Source: Octopus bimaculoides
Taxonomy: Eukaryota
Length of the DNA stretch: 64,000 nucleotides
Direction: 5' to 3'
Assembly (NCBI RefSeq): GCF_001194135.2
Contig: NC_068986.1
Location: 42,569,229 to 42,633,228, forward strand
Shown here: piece by piece, positions 58,961 to 64,000 of the stretch
Layout of the letters: each line of letters begins with the position of its first letter
Numbering within the stretch: position 1 is the first letter of the stretch
Program-made: the position numbers and the translations under genes
Notes under the pieces: generated by a model
What the model was told of the DNA's origin: nothing
Seen by the model: only the letters and a program-made list of their open reading frames with translations
Database searches by the model: none

Positions 58961-61260
58961 CTCCTTAAAATGGGTGATGCTTTTTTTTCTACATCGTGTT
59001 TTTTTTTATCAATAGCATCATGGTTGATAGGCTTCCATGCATCACTTCCTTGTCCAAGGCATACTTGATACTATGAGTAACAAGTGAGTGTCTGAAAGAA
59101 GGTATTTTTATCCTTTCATAAAACACTATTTCATTTACAGTTTTTACTTCCAGTGTGTGTATAGCTATTGACAGTACATATATGTGTACATACATCCACT
59201 CAGTCATATTCTATATCCACATTTTTCTAGCTGGCATGGGTTGGATGGGTCATCACAGTCCAAGTCAATTTTTATTTAGAGTTTTTCCTCTTCTGAGACA
59301 TATAAGTGGATGAAATCTTGCCCAGGCATCACTGTTTTGGCATGGTTTCTATGATTGGATGCTTTTCCTAAGACCAGCCAATTTATCAAGCGTATTTGGT
59401 TCATTTTTTCATGGTACCAGCACTAGAATGCTTGTTCTGGACTTAACAAGACTAAAGAATCCTCCCAGCCCTACATTCTTTCAGCTTGATTCACCAACAT
59501 ACACATATATAATGGCTTCTGTACAATTTTGTGTACCAAATTTCAGTAATAAAGCACTGGTCAATGCAAAGCTATAACAGATGACATTTTATTTGAAGCA
59601 TGATGCAATAAGATCAAATCTGGAGTCTTGTGGTTGCAAAGCGAACTTCTTAACCACATAACCATGTCTGCACCTATGAAGGTAGCTTCTGTGAATAGTT
59701 TCCTTATGGTGCCTTAGTTTTCAGATGTGAATGTTATTGGTAAACTCTAAGCTAAAATAATTCATCAATTTAAAAATGCCTTTGGTAGGAAATTTAGATT
59801 TTCATAGGATTAACCAGAGCAATTAACATATATGTTTTGTAAAGAAGCCACCGCTATATCAAAAGCTGTCCAAGAACTATTACCATTAACACACCTTAAA
59901 AACCCAATCCTACCACTGAAAAGAATATCATTTGTAATTTGCTATATGGTTGACATCAAGCTGGAGAAGATGAAATTTCATCGGAATTGTTGTTTTTGAT
60001 GGGCATGAACAGATAATGAGAAAAAAATTGAGAAAAATATTCACCAGACATTGAGTAGTACATAATATAAATTTCCTTTTACATGCCAGTGTTATAGTTA
60101 CTAGCAAATGTTTTCTATACAAGCAGAAAGTGTAACTTTGAGTAGTGATGTGACTGGTTAAAACTAGAAGTTTATGATTTATTTTTCCTTTCATAAATCA
60201 AAGAATCAAAAGGAATTGAAAATAGGGGAACAAATTAGGATATATAAGCATAGATTTTTTTCTTTTTTATAATTCTTAACTTTTTTAACTATCAGTGAAT
60301 GGAACATAATTAGGTAAAGCTTCAATGAAATTTGATTTTGTTTTACCATTATGAAATGCGGACAGTTTGGAATGCATGTATATTATTGTGAGATGCTCTG
60401 TTACTTTCGTATGTCTTTTATTTCACTTGGCATATTTTATTTTAATCAGTGAATAAAGTGTAAACATCACCATGAGGTTTTTTATGGTGGCATAGGTCAA
60501 ATGAGTCTGAACATCAACCCATAATCGTCTGACCTTGTCCTTTCTTTTATTGTCTAAGTCAGACACAACATTGTAAGACCTGATCTAAGATAAAATTACT
60601 TTATCCTAAGATCTCCTAGCTGTATTGGCCTCAGCTGTCTCCTTTAAGTCCTGGGTAAATTCTCAAACAGCATGCACCAATCATTCAAGTAACACAGTTA
60701 CCTCTCCAACACAGACAACACTGAATGTTCTAGTACACCCACATTTAGTTTCATGTTGCACATCTAAAAGAATTATATTCAGTTCTCCATCTTCAGTTGC
60801 TGTAAATGGTTTTTATAGTCCATATAGTCTATATAGTCCAACTTATAGTATACAAATTAGAGCCTAACTTAACTATATCAGTGCAGTTAACATATTTGAA
60901 GAAGGGAACTATTTTTGGTCTACTCAAGATTCTGCTCCATCTCTTGAATGACGAGTGGCCATAGAGCATGAAGAAGACACCTTCTCCTTATTCTACATAC
61001 TGAGCATAGTTATTTCTGGTGTAAAATTGTAAAGTTCTTATAACTGTCTGAACAAGAAAACTATTGAAACCACCAAGAAAAAATTAAAAATTTTATCAGA
61101 TATTATGAATGTATTTGTCTTCTGTTGAAGAACAGATGTTTTCTACTTGAAAGAGTTGAATAATGTTAGCAATTTGAAAAGATGATTAATGATTCATGAT
61201 CATTGTCTTCATATTTCAAGTTCAATAAAGTTTTTATTTAAGATAGACAAGAATGTGTGT

Positions 61261-61291
<31 letters not shown>

Positions 61292-61877
61292 CATGTGTAT
61301 TGTGAACCAGAAGAACTGGAATAAATTTAAATATTACAAAATTTAGATGTAAGTGAAAAAACAGAAGGTAAATACATTCCTTCTATGCTTTTAATGTGTG
61401 GGGAAAAGTTGTGGAGAGTCTCCTGATGGATCATTTCACAATTCATTGTCAACTCTTTAGAGAAAATATCTCCATTTTCCTTCCCCAATCAGTATCGTAG
61501 AACATTCAGCTCGTCTATGAAACAGTCATAAATTTGGTTAGCACCTTAGGGGCTAGCTTAATTTGCATATTTCTGATTTTCACAGTTCATTCTTTAAATT
61601 ATATATATACATAGCCTCTCAACACCTGGCATAAGGGCACTTTCCCTCTTAAATATCCACCTCTCAGTTAGTCAAGGGGATTCTTTTGTATTCTTTTCCT
61701 GTCTTGAAAGTTATTTGGTGACCTCACTTGTATTAGTGGCTCAAAAAATGTATTCAGTATTCACTGTAAAGTGGCTTGCATTTGGAGGTCGGTACAACCC
61801 TGCAGCTCATCACATCCTATCAAACTGTCCAATCCAGGCTAGTGCGTAAAACGAATATTAAACGATGATTGTATTTA

Positions 61878-63158
61878 TTAGGTTGTCAAGAAAGTTCTTG
61901 TGGAATTTTTAATTTTGGTTTTAAATGATGTATTTTCAAATTAATTTTCATTAAATTCCTTTGACTTTATATATCATTTTAAAGCCCATTTTTTGCTCTA
62001 TCTAATCATGCTGCTCTTTTTCTTTTTGAATAATTAGGCCATTTTTTCAGAATGTTGACTACAACATGGTTAAAGGCAAATTCGCACAATTCTCTTATTC
62101 CAGGTCAAGCTAGGTCGAAAAGCTGCTGAAACAGCTTGCGATATCAACAATGCATTTGGCCCAGGAACCACTAATGAACGTACAGCACAATGGTGGTTCA
62201 AGAAATTTCGTAGTGGTGACAAGAGTCTTGAAGATGATAAGCATAGTGGTCAGCCATCGGATGTTGACAACAATCAACTAAGAGCCTTAGTCGAAGCCAA
62301 TCCATGCACAACTGTTCGAGAGCTTGCTTCTGAATTAGACATAACGTATACAATAATTTCCAACCAGTTGAAAGAGATTGGAAAACTAAAACTACTTGAA
62401 AAATGGGTGCTGCACGAACTGAACGACAACCAAAAGAAAACGCCGTTTTGAAGTGTCGTCTTCCTCTCTTTTATGTAACAAGAATGACCCGTTCCTTGAC
62501 TGGATTGTGACATACGATGAAAAGTGGATTCTTTACGACAACCAGCAATGCTCAGCTCAGTGGTTGGACGCCAACGAAGCTCCATGGCACTTCCTAAAGC
62601 CAAAGTTGCATCAAAAGAAGGTCATGGTGACTGTTTGGTGGTCTGTGGCTGGTCTCATCAGTCACAGCTTTTTGGATCCAGGCGAAACCATTTCGGTGGA
62701 GAAGTACTGTCAACAAATGGATGAAATGCATAAGAAACTCCGACAACAGCCAACATTGGTCAATAGAAAAGACCAATTCTTCTCCATAACAGCACTTGGC
62801 CGCACGTCACACAACTGGCCCTGCAGAAGTTGAATGAATCGGGCTATGAAACTCTGCCTCATCCGCCATACTCACCAGACCTCTCACCTACCGACTTCCA
62901 CTTTTTCAAGCATCTCGACAACTTCCTGTGTGAGAAATGCTTCAAAAACCAAGACGATGCCAAACATGCCTTCAACGACTTCATCGCCGCTGGAACGCAA
63001 GATTTTTATGCTACTGGCATAAAAAGACTTGTTTTGCATTGGCAAAAGTGTGTTGATTCTGATGGTGTTTATTTCGATTAATAAAGGATTGTTTGAGCCG
63101 AGATATGTGCATCTGAATTTAAAGGTTAAAAACTGCAAGAACTTTCCTGACAATATAT
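61878..63158 (+). mobile_element. Full-length (~1.28 kb) Hsmar1-like mariner element
   Basis: TIRs ttaggttgtcaagaaagttcttg / caagaactttcctgacaa; TA context at both ends. Confidence 0.85.
62066..63081 (+). pseudogene. Mariner DD34D transposase pseudogene (at least 3 frameshifts)
   Basis: RQIRTILLFQVKLGRKAAETA...WWFKKFRSGDKSLED...KWVLHEL / IVTYDEKWILYDN...KKVMVTVWWS / HPPYSPDLSPTDFHFFKHL...WQKCVDSDGVYFD*. Confidence 0.92.
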
Positions 63159-63246
63159 ATGGATGGATGTGTGTGTGTGTGTGTATGTGTGTGTGTGTGC
63201 ATATGTATATAGAATAGCTACAGGTGTGACTGTGTGGTTAAGATTG

Positions 63247-63615
63247 TTCAAGTGCATTCAGTATATCTGACCTCCACATCTGCTGCAAGTCACTTTTTTC
63301 TGGAAAAGAAAAGGAGTGGGGTGGTGGGGACCTCAGAGCTTTGTTTTGTGAATCTTTGCTTTTCTTTTCCAGGTTATTTTACATACTTTCAATGGATGTA
63401 ACATCGAAATCACACATAATCGACTCCTTTCCCCAGAAAAGGAAAGATTCGGCTGCTATTTCTAGCAAACATTACTACCGCGTAACAACTATTTACAATA
63501 AAGGACCTGCTGATATTTCGCTGTGAAATAATTTTTTGACCCCTCTCCCACTTCTTTTCTGGAAAAAAGTGGCTTGCTGCGGGTTTGAAGGTCAGACATG
63601 CTGAATGCACTCAAA
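63247..63615. mobile_element. ~365-bp MITE with ~60-bp TIRs
   Basis: agtgcattcagtatatctgacctccacatctgctgcaagtcacttttttc versus the reverse complement of the right end agtgcattcagcatgtctgaccttcaaacccgcagcaagccacttttttc. Confidence 0.7.
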
Positions 63616-63655
63616 AAAACCTGTGGAAAAAAATTATTTCACACTAAATTATTTT

Positions 63656-64000
63656 GGCGTAGGAATGGCTGTGTGGTAAGTAGCTTGCTTATCAACCACA
63701 TAGTTCTGGGTTCAGTCCCACTGCGTGTCTTCTACTATAGCCTCGGGCTGACCAAAGCCTTGTGAGTGGATTTGGTAGATAGAAACTGAAAGAAGCCCGT
63801 CATATATATGTATATATATATATGTATGTGTTTGTCCCCCCAACATCGCTTGACAATCGATGGTGGTGTGTTTACGTCCCCGTAACTTAGCAGTTCAGCA
63901 AAAGAGCCCTATAGAATAAGTACTAGGCTTACAAAGAATAAGTCCTGGGGTCGATTTGCTCGACTAAAAGGCGGTGCCCCAGCATGGCCGCAGTCAAAAT
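63656..64000 (+). mobile_element. Composite tRNA-SINE (runs off the window end)
   Basis: ggcgtaggaatggctgtgtggtaagtagcttgc ... aaggcggtgccccagcatggccgcagtc. Confidence 0.85.

Noticed and set aside
59845-59890. KKPPLYQKLSKN, resembling IFT54 KxPPLTEKLL
   Set aside because: Downstream of the identified exons, quickly hits a stop, and lacks PPFRxLHD.

Overview
AT-rich eukaryotic scaffold with 7 N-gaps, dense (TA)n/(TG)n/(GAT)n microsatellites and tRNA-derived SINE, LINE and DNA-transposon debris. The repeat families suggest an octopus/cephalopod, which is inference only. The one recognisable host gene is TRAF3IP1 (IFT54/MIP-T3) on the + strand: five phase-consistent GT-AG exons (36732-36780, 39081-39193, 40647-40772, 43737-44042, 48736-48801) encode the second half of the N-terminal CH-like domain and the K/E/R-rich region. 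Its first ~64 codons and its C-terminal exons were not found. The rest is mobile DNA: RTE and CR1 LINE fragments that share 3' tails with short repeats, four mariner-type and one DD37D/maT dead transposases, a TIR-bounded dead piggyBac, several MITEs and a Helitron 5' end. The most interesting signal is a set of unrelated non-coding elements carrying hammerhead-ribozyme motifs. (i) A 582-bp insertion (14747-15328) has a 13-bp TSD, about 1.25 tandem copies of a ~325-330-nt unit, a 5' inverted duplication and a type I hammerhead, as expected for a retrozyme or Penelope-like element copied from a circular RNA. (ii) A near-intact hammerhead (8519-8601, - strand) lies inside an ORF-less element with ~215-bp inverted arms between (TA)n tracts. 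(iii) A cluster at 323-399 has all invariant hammerhead core bases in a non-canonical strand order. All folds and alignments were done by eye and none were computed.
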